64,000 nucleotides of DNA. It comes from Emiliania huxleyi CCMP1516. Taxonomy: Eukaryota. Below, piece by piece: positions 52,193 to 64,000 of this stretch. The notes below the pieces were generated by a model. It searched no databases and was not told the origin of the DNA. It saw only the letters and a list, made by a program, of their open reading frames with translations. The DNA is taken from positions 62,001 to 126,000 of the forward strand of contig NW_005201286.1 of NCBI RefSeq assembly GCF_000372725.1, given 5' to 3'. The position numbers and the translations under genes are program-made. The stretch's first letter is position 1; each line of letters begins with the position of its first letter.

Positions 52193-55100
52193 CTATCGAA
52201 TCCAACGTGGGTCCAGGTCCTGTGGGTGTGAACGTGGGTCCAGGTCCTGTGGGTGTGGTGGTGGCTGGTGCACGCGACGATCGCCTCTTCCCGGAGCGTC
52301 CTCTCGGCGCCCGCGAGCCAAGAGGGCACCCCGTCCGAGCCCCCGGACGAACCCGCGCGGGCGCCGTGCGCGGGGGTCGCCACCTACAAGCGAGGCGCGC
52401 CTCGCGCCGTGAGAAAAAGAAGAAGAGCACCGGCCGGCTCGGTGGGGCGCCGCCGCCGGACTCCACTCCGCGCCGGGCGGCTCACGCGAGCCGTTCAGGC
52501 TGCGGTGCTCGCGCGGGCTGAGGTCGGCAGCGGGGTGGTCGGCGACGCCCCCCTCCGCCGCGTCGGCGCCCCCCTCGGTTCTGCCGCGAAGGCTCTCCGC
52601 CGCGATGGCGGCCGCCACCCGCTGCGTGGCGGCCAACAGAGCGAGCGCCGCGCGCGCCCCCTCCTCGGCGCTCTCGCAGCGGCGGCGCAACGCCGCGCAC
52701 TCTGCCGCCCAGCCCTCCGCGCTCGCTGCGTGCGCCTCCACCGCCGAGCAGACCGCGGCCAGCCGACCCTGCACCTCCTCCGCAGCCTCGCCGGCGGGCG
52801 GGGCCGCGCCCAGAGCAGAAACACGCGTCGGGCCGACACCGCCGGTGCTCGCGGCGGCGGGCGAAGCCTCCGGCCACTGCCCAACCAGCTGCGATGCTGC
52901 CGCTGCCGCCGCTGCTCCCGCCCCGTCGAGAGGTGACTCGGCGCTCGCGCCTCCCCTCCCCTCCTCGGGCGAAGCCTCCGGCGCCGCACTGGCAGAGGAG
53001 GTGGAGGCACGCGCTGCATTGCCATTCTTTCCAGAAGCCCCAGCTGTACTTGCAACGTGTTGCACACTCGGCGGTGTCGCCGTGCCGAGCGTCGCGCCCG
53101 GGGTTGCCCCTCGCTCGGACGCCTATAAAAAGAAACAAGCGCTCCAAAAAGAAATCGACCAGCGGGGTCGCCCCTCGCTCGCACGCCTTCTCGAGTCGCT
53201 GCAGCAGGCGCTGCTTCTGCTGCTGCAGCAGCGCGGCGCGCCTGCGCGAGGTGCCATGGACGTGCCTCGGAAGTGACTCGGAAGAGACTCGGAAGGGTCT
53301 CGGAAGGGTCTCGGAAGAGACTCGGAAAAGTCTTGGAAAAGTCTCGGAAGTGTCCCGCGCCTCTCCGACTGTCGAAGCGCCTCCTCGAGCCCGCTCGCCC
53401 GCTCCTCCGCCGCAGACCGCGCAGCCTCGGCCTCGGACCGTGCCGCCTAGAGGAAGGGTGCTGGACGGTCCAGAAGGCGAATCCCCTCTCCCTCGCAGCC
53501 TCGGCCGGATCGCGCCACCTCGGCCTCCGCCGCTGCCGCCGCCGCCGCCTCCCTTGCCGCCTCCGCCCCAGCGAATGCCGCCTCCATCTCGGCGGCAGCA
53601 GCGGCGGCCGTGGCTTGCTCCGCCGCCCTCGCCGCTGCCGCCTCCCGTGCTGCCTGTGCTAGCGCATTCATCTCTGCTACCGCCTCCTCCCTCGCCAGCG
53701 CCACAGCCCTCGCCGCCCTTTCCTCCGCTGCCGCCGCAGCCTCCTCTGCCAACCTCTCCGCCGCCGCCCTCTCCTCCACTGCCGCCGCAGCCTCCTCTGC
53801 CAACCTCTCCGCCTCCGCCTTCTCCGCCGCCGCCCTCTCCTCCACTGCCGCCGCAGCCTCCTCTGCCAACCTCTCCACCTCCGCCTTCTCCACCGCTGCC
53901 ACCCTCTCCGCCTCCGCCCTCTCCGCCTCCGCCTCCGCTGCCGCCCTCTCCGCCGCCTCGGCCGCCTCCTCCGCCGCCTTCTCGGCCGTCATCCTTGCCG
54001 CCTCCTCCTCCGCCGCCGCCGCTTCTGCTGCTGCCAACTGCGCAGCCTCCTCCCGCGCCGCCGTCTCGGCCTTGACTCGCGCCGCCTCCTCAACCTCCAA
54101 GCGTATCTTCTCCACCTGTGCCGCCTCGACCGCCGTCGCTTGGGCCGCCTCTTCCCGCGCCACAATCTTTTCCATACGCAGCCGCCCCACTTCGGCCGCC
54201 GCCGACTCCTCCACACGGGCCTTCTCTGCCGCCTCCTCCTCCGCCGCAAGCCTTACCGCCTGCTCTGCCGCCTCCTGCTCTGCCGCCACCTGCTCTGCCG
54301 CCGCCCTCGCCTCTTCCGCCTTGGTCGCCGTCGCCTCTTGGGCCGCCGCTTCTGCCGCCTCTTCTACCGCCGCGTCTGCCACCGCCGCCTCCTCGGGCTC
54401 TTCTGCTGCCGTGGCCGCTGCAGCCTCCTCGGCGGCCGTCGAGAAGAGGCGGTCCAGGTTGCTGTCCTGTGCGGGCGCAGCTGAGAAGAGCTGGTCCAGG
54501 TTGCTGTCCTGTGCGGGCGCAGCTGAGAAGAGCTGGTCCAAGTTGCTGTCCTGTGCGGGCGCAGCTGAGAAGAGCTGGTCCAGGTTGCTGTCCTGTGCGG
54601 GCGCAGCTGAGAAGAGCTGGTCCAAGTTGCTGTCCTGTGCGGGCGCAGCTGAGAAGAGCTGGTCCAAGTTGCTGTCCTGTGCGGGCGCAGCTGAGAAGAG
54701 CTGGTCCAGGTTGCTGTCCTGTGCGGGCGCAGCTGAGAAGAGCTGGTCCAGGTTGCTGTCCTGTGCGGGCGCAGCTGAGAAGAGCTGGTCCAAGTTGCTG
54801 TCCTGTGCGGGCGCAGCTGAGAAGAGCTGGTCCAAGTTGCTGTCCTGTGCGGGCGCAGCTGAGAAGAGCTGGTCCAGGTTGCTGTCCTGTGCGGGCGCAG
54901 CTGAGAAGAGCTGGTCCAGGTTGCTGTCCTGTGCGGGCGCAGCTGAGAAGAGCTGGTCCAAGTTGCTGTCCTGTGCGGGCGCAGCTGAGAAGAGCTGGTC
55001 CAGGTTGCTGTCCTGTGCGGGCGCAGCTGAGAAGAGCTGGTCCAGGTTGCTGTCGCGAGCAGTGTCGCCGGGTGGGCCCTGCACATCGGGAGGCAGGGGG

Positions 55101-56151
55101 GCGAATGGGCAACGAGCGGAAGCGTTGGGGTGGCAGCGACAGCACGCGCCTCGGGTGTGCCGAGGGAGAAGAGGTGGTCGAGCGAGTCGAGACTGTCCCT
55201 CTCCTCCGCCGCCGCGGCCGCGGCCGCGGCCGCTGCCGCCGCCTCTGCAGCTCTCGCCTCTTCCGCCTCGGCAGTAGCCGCCTCCGCTGCCGCAGCCTCG
55301 TCCTCCGCCCTTGCCGCCGTCGCTGCCTCTGCCACCGCGGCCGCCTCCGCTGCCTTTGTTGCGGCCCTCACCGCCTCCTCCTCCGCTGCCCTCGCCGCCG
55401 CCTCCTCCTCCGCCGCCCTCGCCGCCGCCTCCTCCTCCGCCGCCCTCGCCGCCGCCTCCTCCGCCGCCCTCGCCGCCGCCTCCGCCGCCCTCGCCGCCTC
55501 CTCTTCCGCCGCCTCCGCCGCCCTCGCCGCCGCCTCCTCCGCCGCCCTTGCCTCCTCCTCCTCCGCCGCCCTCGCCGCCTCCTCCGCAACCCTCGCCGCC
55601 GCCTCCTCCGCCGCCCTCGCCGCCTCCTGCTCCGCCGCCCTCGCCGCCGCCTCCTCCTCCCTCGCCGCCGCCGCCTCCGCCTCCTCCGCCGCTCGTGCCG
55701 CCTCCTCCCTCGCTGCCGCTGCCGCCGCTGCCTCCTCCGCCTCTCTCGCCGCCACCCTCACCGCCTCCGCTGCCTCAGCCTCCTCCGTGACCCTGACCGC
55801 CACCCCCGCTGACTGCACCACACCTCCCGCCTCCACAGACGCCACTCCGGCGCCAGCAAAGAGGCTCAGCGACGCCTCTGCAGGCGCAGCCGCGTCGAAG
55901 AAGCTGCTCAGGTCCAGCGCCGGAGTCGGCGGGGCGGACGGCGTCGGGGTGGGAGCGGCAACTGCAGAGCGAGCCGTTGAGGCAGCGGCCGGTAACGCCG
56001 GCGCTGGCGCCGCTCCGGCTGAGGCGCACGGCTGCGATCCCGCCCGCCGTGAGCTCGAACTCAGGCTGCGGCCGCGGCGCTGCTCGTGAGTGCCGGCGAT
56101 GAGGGCGGGGATGCCGCCCGGCGTGAATTGTACCCGCGGCGCACGCGGCAT
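52193..56151 (-). CDS. Large low-complexity Ala/Glu coiled-coil protein with a 14-aa tandem repeat, multi-exon
   Basis: AARAAEEE-type heptad tracts and a DSNLDQLFSAAPAQ array; exon structure and 3' end approximate. Confidence 0.6.
54450..55053. repeat. 42-bp tandem repeat, about 14 copies
   Basis: Unit CCA(G/A)GTTGCTGTCCTGTGCGGGCGCAGCTGAGAAGAGCTGGT. Confidence 0.95.
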
Positions 56152-56441
56152 CGCCTCCCGGAGACGCCAAGACCGGCCTGTGTGCGCTGTGCGGCCCGCC
56201 AGCGCTGTGGCTTGCGGGCTGTTTCTTGTTTCATGGTGTACCTGTGTTAGTGCCAGTGCGAGCCAGTCCCGTGCCCAGTCCTGTGCCCAGTGTCGTGCGA
56301 GGGAGTTTTGTTGTAAGATTCTTGTTTCACGTGCTAAGTGCCCCCCCCCCCCCCCCCCCCTGCGGGATGCTCTCAAAGCTAGCGGAAATTCTGCGCATTT
56401 TGTCCCGGACGCTTGGAAATCAGTTACGAACGTCAGCCAGT

Positions 56442-56660
56442 ATGGTCGTGCGCCTGCAGCAGGCGGCGGCCGCGTACGGCTCGTCGGAGGACGACCCGAG
56501 CGACTCGGAGGACGAGGACGAGACCACGAAGGAGCTCTCCGCCTCCCTCTCCGTCGCCGAGCTGAAGCGACGGTGCAGGGAGGCTAATGTCAGCCAGTGG
56601 GGCAATCGCGCTCAGCTGGTCGTGCGCCTGCAGCAGCCGGAAGGCGAGCAGCGCGGCCCA
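56442..56660 (+). pseudogene. SAP-domain fragment
   Basis: LSVAELKRRCREANVSQWGNRAQLVVRL; converges on an unrelated minus-strand gene head (56590-57051). Confidence 0.55.
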
Positions 56661-57132
56661 GTGCTCTGCGCGAGTGGCGTCGAGTGGGTGGTCGTGCGGT
56701 GGGTGGGCTATTGGTTGGGGTGAGGGAGGCAGCGCGGGAGCGAGAGGCAGCTGGGAGGAGGGGTGGGTGCGGGCGGGAAAGGTCCCCTGGGGGGTGGGGG
56801 GTGGGTGGGGGAACGCTGCAAAGGGTGCGGCCGAGGCTTCGGCGCGCGGGCGCGGCTGCCTTTGCCGTCGACGTGAACTCCCACGCCGACTTGCGGAAGG
56901 AGCTGACGCGCTCGCGCAGCGCGGGCATCGCCACGACATAGTCGTGCGCCTGCTGCAGCCACTCCCACTGGGCCATGATCTCTTGGAAGAGCGTCGGAGG
57001 CGCTGCGTCCTGCAGAGGAGGCGCTGCGTCCTGGCTGCTGGGCTCGCCCATGCTCGCCGGCCCGAAAGCGCGGCCGGCGACAGAGCCGAGGCGGGTTACA
57101 ATTGTACTTTGGTCGAAGAAAAAAAGCTTAAA

Positions 57133-58011
57133 TCATTCCTGCACGAGCCACGTGCCCACGATCCACTTCTCTCCGCGCTTCACCGCCTCGCCGCTGTGCA
57201 CGTACCTCTCGTCCGGCACGCCATCGAGCGTTGCCGTCGGGAAGACGAGGGCCTGGCCCGCCACAGGCTGAACCTCCGCCCGAGGACGCCACTCGCTAAA
57301 GGCGTCCCCGTGGAAAGCCGTCTCTCCGCCGGCTTCGGGCGATCGGAGATAGACGATGACCTGCGCGATGCGCTGACCGAGGCCGGTCGAGCCGAAGGCC
57401 TCGTCCCGCATCGCGTCGAGCCTGGCGTCGACGTGCTTGCGCTGATACTCTCCCTCTTTGTACCGCGTGACGGTCACCGGCTCAAAGCGGTCGCGAGGCA
57501 TGTGGCCGAAGAGCGCGCCGGCTCGAGCGAGGAAGAGCTTCTCCGCGTGGTGGCCAGAGGCGTCCCATTTGGTGCCGGTGAAGATCTGCACCCTGTCGCT
57601 GTTCGCGACGAGTGTCGATACACCGTGCGCAAGACCGCATACGCCTGTGACGGCACCGCTGGTAGCAAGCAGAGCCTCCGACGGAGAGTAGCCTGCCCCG
57701 AGAGAGAGGGCAGTCGCGCTAGCAAGAGCGAGCAGTGACAGACTGGGGGCGGCTTTGAGCCAGCCGATTGAGAATTTCTTCTCTTCGTGCTCGATATATC
57801 GCACCTCTGGCAGGGTGCCGCACGCGTCGATCAGGGCCTCGCATTCGTCGCCGCTCAGAAAGTCTGGGATGATGTAGACGGGCGCCGGCTCACCGTGGAC
57901 GCGTTGAAGGCACGGGTGAGACGGGATGGCATATGCTGGTGGCGAGACAGCAGCTGGCCGCAACGGAAGCGCCGGAGCAAGCGCTCGAGCGACCGTCGGC
58001 ACGAGCATCAT
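57133..58011 (-). CDS. Prolyl 4-hydroxylase-like 2OG-Fe(II) oxygenase
   Basis: IPDFLSGDEC, RYKEGEYQRKHVD (HxD), GQRIAQVIVYL, GGETAF, YVHSGEAVKRGEKW; intronless. Confidence 0.88.
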   Translation of the reverse strand: MMLVPTVARALAPALPLRPAAVSPPAYAIPSHPCLQRVHGEPAPVYIIPDFLSGDECEALIDACGTLPEVRYIEHEEKKFSIGWLKAAPSLSLLALASATALSLGAGYSPSEALLATSGAVTGVCGLAHGVSTLVANSDRVQIFTGTKWDASGHHAEKLFLARAGALFGHMPRDRFEPVTVTRYKEGEYQRKHVDARLDAMRDEAFGSTGLGQRIAQVIVYLRSPEAGGETAFHGDAFSEWRPRAEVQPVAGQALVFPTATLDGVPDERYVHSGEAVKRGEKWIVGTWLVQE

Positions 58012-58612
58012 TCCGTCTCGTCTTTTGTCGGCACGAGCAGAGCGACCGTCGGCACGAGCAGAGCGAATGGACTCGTTCCGTCTCGTCGTTTGGTCATCCG
58101 CGAAATGAAGTGGAATGACGCAGTGAAATTTCACGCTCTGCAAGCGACTGCACGAGTGAGTGTGTGTGTGTGTGGTACAACGAGAGAGAGATCCAGATGA
58201 CATGGGAAGCTGAACTTTTGAGAGTCAGACGAGGCATGGCGAGAGCGGAGGGGGGTCGTGTCTTCTGCCTGATAGGATGGACATTGAGGCTCGCAAGAGG
58301 TTTGGTGACGACATCTTTCAAACGGCTGAGAAAGCCGATGGATGACGCTGATGCGGAAGGGAAGGAACAGGTGGTAGGAGCCTTCTTCAAATGGTTCACA
58401 GAAGTGTGGATACCAGCAACCAGGGATGCGCGGGCCAAAAGCAAAACGATCAATAGACAATACACACGGCGGTGACGCGCCCAGGATGGCCCCTCACGAA
58501 CTTCACGGCCTGGTGAGTGGTGTGGCCTGTGCTTAAAAACGCGATGAGAGTGCAAGCAAGCCGAGACCCAACGACCGTCGAGTCGCCGACGGAGCGAGCG
58601 ACCGCCTCGAAG

Positions 58613-59583
58613 TCACATGGTGAAGACGAGCCTGCGTTCGCGCCGCTCCCCCACCCCGACGGTTGCCTTGCGCTCGTCGAAGTCCATCGTGCCAAAGAGA
58701 TCCCGGTCGAGGGTGCGGCCTACGTGCGGAATACGCCAGCATCGGGGCGGAAAGGCGGTATTCTGCAGAGTCTTCAGAGAATCGCGTGAATCCGAGGGCT
58801 GCGAGTTCAGTGAATGCGGCTGAGTACGGCCCGAAGACACCTGACTCCGTGTCCTCTCGAGCGCCAGTTGGGAGACGAGAATCCGCATCCCGCATCTAGC
58901 GCTTCTAGGCGGCGCGGCCTGCGGCGGCACGGAGCTCGGCCTCTCGCAGCGGCAGCAGCGCGCGTGCGCCGGCCGGCCCAACCTCCTCCACCGAGCGGAG
59001 CACGAGGGTGAAGCCGTAGGGCGAGCTCTCCCACACTCCGGCGCAGCGCAGCTGTGCAGCTCCCTCGTCATCCTAAGGTCAGGTCAGGTAAGGTCAACGT
59101 CTCCACACACACACGAGGTGGTGGTGCGAGGGCCAGGGCAGCCCTCGCATCTCCACGCCCGGACACACGGGCAGGAGCCCCACGGCATTCAAAGTGCAAG
59201 CACCGGCCCGGTGCCGTGGGTGAGCAGACCTGCACCCCACTCCCTCCCTCCCAGACACAACCCGCACACAACCCCCACAGCGTGGACGACTACGTTCAGA
59301 AACACCAAGCAGCGAGGCGAGGGTGAAGGGGTAAGGGGCTGTGTGGGGCAGAATCTTCATCTCTTGACTACTCCATCTAGCCTGGGGGGTCGCAGGAGAG
59401 GGGAAGGGGGGGAGGGGGGGGACAGAAGGTGAGAGAGGGTAGAGGGTAGTGCTAGCGTGCACGACTAACGCGTCGTCCTCGTCGAGAGGGGCGAAGAAGG
59501 CGGCGTCCACGTCCCCCTCGTCGTACAGCGTGCTCCATGCCTGCGCCTCGAGCTCAAACTTCGGCAAGCCCTCGCCCCTCAGC

Positions 59584-59615
<32 letters not shown>

Positions 59616-60656
59616 CGGCGTCGCGGCTCGCGGCTGCAGCCTGAGCCGGATGCGGCCATGCTTGACGCCCTTGGACGAGCGCCATACCGTCGCCATGCTG
59701 CAGTGCAGCTCGGCCTCCCGCTCCTCCGCACTCTTGAGCGAGCGTGCGAGAGGCGTCGGCCGGGACACGACCAACACACCGCCGCCGCCCGATTCGCCGC
59801 CGCCGCCGCCGCGCGCATTGGCCTCGCCGGGCCGCGGCGGCGGCGGCGGCTTGCGCAGCGGGGGGCCGGAGGCGAGCTCGCGGTGGAGCGACGCGAACGC
59901 GGCCGCGTGCAGCTGGATCAGCCGCAGCTTCTCGCTGTCCTCCTCGTGCAGCTCCAGCAGGTAGGTGCGCAGCTGCTGATCGGTCCGGAGGAGCGAGACG
60001 TCTGCGCGAAAGTCGGCGCTGCCCTCGAGCTCCTCCCACGCCCGCCGCACCTCCAGCAGCGACAGGCTCGACAGCGGCCTCTTTGCACCCTCCGGCCTCC
60101 ACCGACCCTCCGGCTCTGCCGACGAAGCGGCTTCGACCGCGGCGGCGGCGGTGGCGGCGGCGGCGGCGGCGGCGGGCGGCGGTGGCGCGGCGGCGGCGGG
60201 AGGGTCCGCACCGCCGGAGCCGTGGGCGACGAGTTCGGACTCGACCAGCACCATGCTCGCGAGCTCCTCGGCTCGCGGCGTGAGGTCGACCCACGCTCCG
60301 GAGGCTGCGGCGGCGTTCCAGTGGCGGCGCGCGGCGGCAAAGACGCCGGGACGGTCGCGGAGCTCGAAGACCGCGTAGCCCTTGACCACCGGGAGACCAA
60401 GGGCAGCGTGGACCGCCGCGGCGTTGGCGCAGGAGTCGTCCGCACTCAGACGCACGCCGGCCGCTGCCGCCTCGGCTGTCAGCTTGTGCGGCGGGCGGGC
60501 CGTCAGGCGGCAGCGCCGGCCGCGTAGCACGCCCGCGCCGACGAAGCTGCTGAGCGCCCGCTGCTTGAAGCAGCCCGGCCAGCCGCGAGGCGGAGAGCAG
60601 AGGGCGTCCGCCGTGAGGGGCGGGGAGGTGGAGCCACCAGTCGAGGAGAGGAGCAT
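58613..60656 (-). CDS. Hypothetical protein, multi-exon
   Basis: Long first exon (VVKGY...RHWNA...WVDLTP); terminal exons 59072-58919 and 58719-58613 join in frame across intron 58720-58918. Confidence 0.6.
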
Positions 60657-61335
60657 CGTGTGTTCAGAGGACCTGCCCGACGCTTGAGCGCTCGCGGTGT
60701 TTCTTTCTTTTTGAGAGCTCCTTGTTTGGCTCTAAGGTTTGAGTTGTGCCCTTGTTTGTGCCCTTGGCACCGTGGAGTGCTGGGGGGGGCGACAGGGAGG
60801 ATGTGGCCCTGAGTTATGTGTACGCCGACTCAGGGTGTGTGGCAGCCAGCTGGCTGTGTGTCTTGTGAGCCTGTTTGTGTCTGTGTGTCGCTCGTGCGTG
60901 CCGTCATCATCTGTCCAGCGTCCACCCATACCGCGTTGGTGTCCAGTCCGAGCCTGGCTGTTCTTCACCTTTCTACCTACCTACTCTAAGGTGTAGAGAG
61001 AGAGATTTTTAGCAATACCAAACAACTCTAACACTCACACCACACACGTCATTTGGGGCCTGGAGCCCTCTTCACGCGCGCGCTAGACGCTTGTTGGCAA
61101 ACAAGACACAGAGCTCAAGGCTGTTCTTCACCTTACTACATACATACGTAATAATACAGACGGACACCGACGGTCATCTGCTGTAGCCGCACGACACGCA
61201 CACACCCCCACACCGCACCGCACTCCGCGCCCGCGCGCCCCCGGGCCCCCCGCCCCGCAGCCTCGCCTAGGTCGGGTTTCTTTTTTCCTTTTGAAAAATA
61301 ACTTTCTGCTTTCTTTCTTTCTGCACACGCACGAT

Positions 61336-62577
61336 TCACACCTGTGGCCTGGCATTTCTCGTCAGCCCCCTCCTCGCTCCTCCTCCTCCTCGCTCCTCCT
61401 CCTCCTCCTCCTCCTGCCACTCCCACCAGCCCACCACGCCATGATCCACGACCGCCTGCCTCAGAATGCAAGTCACCTCCTCACGTCCGAAGCCGGCGCG
61501 GTGCAGCACGTGCCCGTTGAGCGTCTTAGCCTGCGTGGCGCTCCCGCTCGCATCCGCGCGTGCGGCGCTCACCGTCTCCCTGTACCGCGGCATCTCCTCG
61601 TCCAGCCTCTCGTCGGCGCGCCCACCCGCGCTGCAGCAGGAGAGGTACTCTTCGGTCACATCGGAAGTCCCCTCCACGTCCGCGCTAACGGCGATGACTC
61701 GAGTCCAAGCGCCGATGCCCTCATCCAGCCGGCCCGCAAAGTTGGCCGCCGGCGCATCTCCGGGCCCCTGGCAGGCCACCCACGCGCCGTCCGCCTCGCG
61801 CCGCGTCTCCGACCAAACGTGATCCCAATCGAGTGGCAAGATGGCGCGAAGCGGCACGCTCAAGTGGCGGGCGAGCGCGGCGCGCAAGTCCTCCTGCTCG
61901 CCACACAAGCGGCCCCATCGGTTGGGGTTGAGGATCACTTGTGCGGCCGACGAGCGGAACCAGCGCGACTCGTCCCCGCACTCAGGGCACCGCAGAAGGA
62001 ATGCCACCGCGGAGCGCGCGCCCCGATAGTAGCCGCCGCGCACGAACGGCCGCTCTGAGGCTGTCGGAGGAACTTCACTGATGCCGACCTCGGCGTCGGT
62101 GTAACCTGGCGTCGTCTCGTCGGGAACGATGTGCCCGCAGCGCTGACACTGGTTGGGGACGTACTCTGTCATCGGGTGGGCGATGACGTATGACCACAGC
62201 TGCTCGCGCGAATCGCCGGAGAGCGTCTTCAGACGACTCAGACAATCACGCCAGGTCGTCGGCGAGAGGCCTCCGTACTGTTTAAGGCAGCGCGAACGCA
62301 TCGCCTCTGGCAGCGCAATGTCCAGTCCAGCCTCCACATCTCCAAAACCATTGCTCTTGTCGAGGACAGCGTGCACCTTTCTTCGGAGCAGGGCGCGGCC
62401 GATCGTGCGCGCTGTGTCTGGTGTGCGCCCACCGAGTCCCATCTCGAGCGTCTCGAGCGCTGGAGCCGTCAGGTGCGCAAAGGTGCGCTCGAGAGCCGTG
62501 GCGTCCTTCACGTGCAGCGCGGACAGCGTGGCGTCCTTCACGTGCAGCGCGGAGAGCGCGGAGGTGCTGCAGAACAT
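61336..62577 (-). CDS. Peptide:N-glycanase-like / transglutaminase-core protein
   Basis: Two CxxC pairs (CQRCG, CPECG), GRLCGE and DWDHVWSE, resembling PNGase GRCGE/DHVWTE; intronless. Confidence 0.72.
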   Translation of the reverse strand: MFCSTSALSALHVKDATLSALHVKDATALERTFAHLTAPALETLEMGLGGRTPDTARTIGRALLRRKVHAVLDKSNGFGDVEAGLDIALPEAMRSRCLKQYGGLSPTTWRDCLSRLKTLSGDSREQLWSYVIAHPMTEYVPNQCQRCGHIVPDETTPGYTDAEVGISEVPPTASERPFVRGGYYRGARSAVAFLLRCPECGDESRWFRSSAAQVILNPNRWGRLCGEQEDLRAALARHLSVPLRAILPLDWDHVWSETRREADGAWVACQGPGDAPAANFAGRLDEGIGAWTRVIAVSADVEGTSDVTEEYLSCCSAGGRADERLDEEMPRYRETVSAARADASGSATQAKTLNGHVLHRAGFGREEVTCILRQAVVDHGVVGWWEWQEEEEEEERGGGGARRGLTRNARPQV

Positions 62578-63718
62578 TGGACGGGACTGAGGAAAAAAAA
62601 GTCGCGGCGCCGAGCAGAGGGGAGGGGGTCGAAGCAGGCTGGGCGTACGGGGTAGCCGCCACTTTCCTGCCTCACAAGGACCCTCTACCTCCACCACACC
62701 GCCGCCGCCGCCGCTCACGCCGCCGCCGCCCTCCAGCCTCCCCCACGGCCACGCCGCTGCCAGCCCCCACCTCCACCACGCCGCCGCCGCCGCCGCTCAC
62801 GCCGCCGCCGCCCTCCAGCCTCCCCCACGGCCACGCCGCTGCCAGCCCCCACCTCCACCACGCCGCCGCCGCCGCCGCTCACGCCGCCGCCGCCCTCCAG
62901 CCTCGCCCACGCCTCCGCCGCCCACCACCTCCACCACCCCGCCGGCACTGCCGCCCACACCTCCGCCGCCCTCCTCCTCCCCCTTGCCTCCGCCACCCTC
63001 ACGCTGCCTCCCCCGCCGCCACCCTCCCCTTCGCTTCCCCTCTCCACCACCGCCCCCCTACCCCACCCCTCGCCCTCCCCCCCGCCCTCCCCCCCGCCCT
63101 CCCGAACCACCCACCGCCGGCCCATGTCGACTTCCGCCATCCCCCTTCCCGCCCCTACGCCTTCGCCATGGAAGGGTCGGTGCGTGTCGACGTGACCTCC
63201 TGGAACACCCGTACCCCCGCACCATCTCCGTCGCTTGGTTGCTTAACCTTGCCACCACCGGGAGCGGCCAGGTCCCAGGACTCATAGACTCGGTCGAGAG
63301 ACCCCAGATTGGCATCCATGCCTCTCTGGACAGGGTGGCCCGCCACAAGGACCCCAGGAATTGCGACTCGCCGCTTTTCCCGCTGTGATTCTGTGTGAGC
63401 TCTGTGTCTTGATTTGCCAACAACAAACCTACAACAAGGGCGGGGCCGCTGTCCCGGAAAATGAGAGAAGAAGCGCAAATCACTCTGTGTGACACATTTC
63501 TTGTTGGCTTCTAAAAATGAGAAACGCCGGGCAGCGTGGTGCACAACGAAACCTCCCATACGTGTTTGTCTCCTCCTTTCCTCGGGCTGTTCCATCTCCT
63601 CGTCTCTTTCCCACCTAGGCGGGGCGGGGGTCGGGGGGGCGGCGGGCGCGGGGTGGTGAGGGCTTAAAAAAGAAAAACGAGTGGCCTCCGTGCACTGACG
63701 GTCGGCCAGAAAACACGC

Positions 63719-63975
63719 TTCGAGGAGTTCGGCGCAATGAGCGCGGGGGTGGAGGAGCTGCTGATGCGGGTGGCTGAGGTGGCGGGCCGGAAGCTCACGT
63801 GGTGGCAGTACGACCAGACGTCGTGGTCGGCGCGCGAATGGATGCCGTTTGCGCTGCAGCGACTGTCGGTGCAGCTCTGGGTGGCGCTCGCGGACGAGGC
63901 ACAGCGCGCCATTGGTGCGGCGTCGCGCGACCGCGAGGGACCGCGGGGGAATGCTAGTGGGATGGGGGGCTCTGA
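63719..63975 (+). mobile_element. C-terminal fragment of an RLE-type (CRE-like) non-LTR retrotransposon ORF
   Basis: FEEFGAM...LLMRVA...LQRLSVQLWVALA resembles the E-x-x-G...QRxSxxL tail of CRE-clade proteins. Confidence 0.45.
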
Positions 63976-64000
63976 GGGGAAGGGAGCGGGGGGCGCCCAG

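Noticed and set aside
54450..55053. Regular 42-bp repeats resembling a CRISPR array
   Set aside because: Head-to-tail with no unique spacers, in-frame coding, no cas genes, eukaryotic context.
58197..58475. Possible transposase fragment
   Set aside because: Short, with no diagnostic catalytic motif recognised.
58905..58907. TAG as the stop of the hypothetical gene
   Set aside because: It lies inside the family B intron; splicing gives an in-frame last exon ending at 58613.
63167..63390. SWNTR resembling the start of an APE endonuclease
   Set aside because: No following endonuclease motifs; the ORF stops early.

Overview
This is GC-rich eukaryotic DNA with short introns (many with GC donors and microsatellite fillers), TTAGGG arrays and a UGA/SECIS selenoprotein. 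I infer a haptophyte alga such as Emiliania/Gephyrocapsa huxleyi; this is not proven. About 17 genes can be read: proline iminopeptidase, a giant acidic repeat membrane protein, an Hsp20-domain protein, CAP-Gly/glutaredoxin-like, ankyrin, peptide deformylase, alpha/beta hydrolase, glycerol-3-phosphate acyltransferase, UMP-CMP kinase, TRAP solute-binding protein, R3H, F-box/LRR, PDI-like selenoprotein, prolyl 4-hydroxylase-like, PNGase-like and several hypotheticals, plus gene fragments. Main observations: (1) many introns begin with a degenerate copy of the first 9-30 nt of the next exon, and three repeat families end exactly at 3' splice sites in unrelated genes, suggesting an introner-like intron-generating system; (2) a 6.8 kb TIR/TSD-bounded non-autonomous element (36880-43722) carries host gene fragments (DnaJ, SDR, iota-carbonic anhydrase) and two intact intronless genes, one bacterial-like; (3) two copies of a transposon with 8-bp TSDs carry telomeric repeats; (4) a UGFC/KEEL PDI-like selenoprotein with a 3' UTR SECIS; (5) a kinase apparently inserted inside a DUF4286-like domain. 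All exon boundaries were read by eye and need transcript confirmation; no database searches were run.
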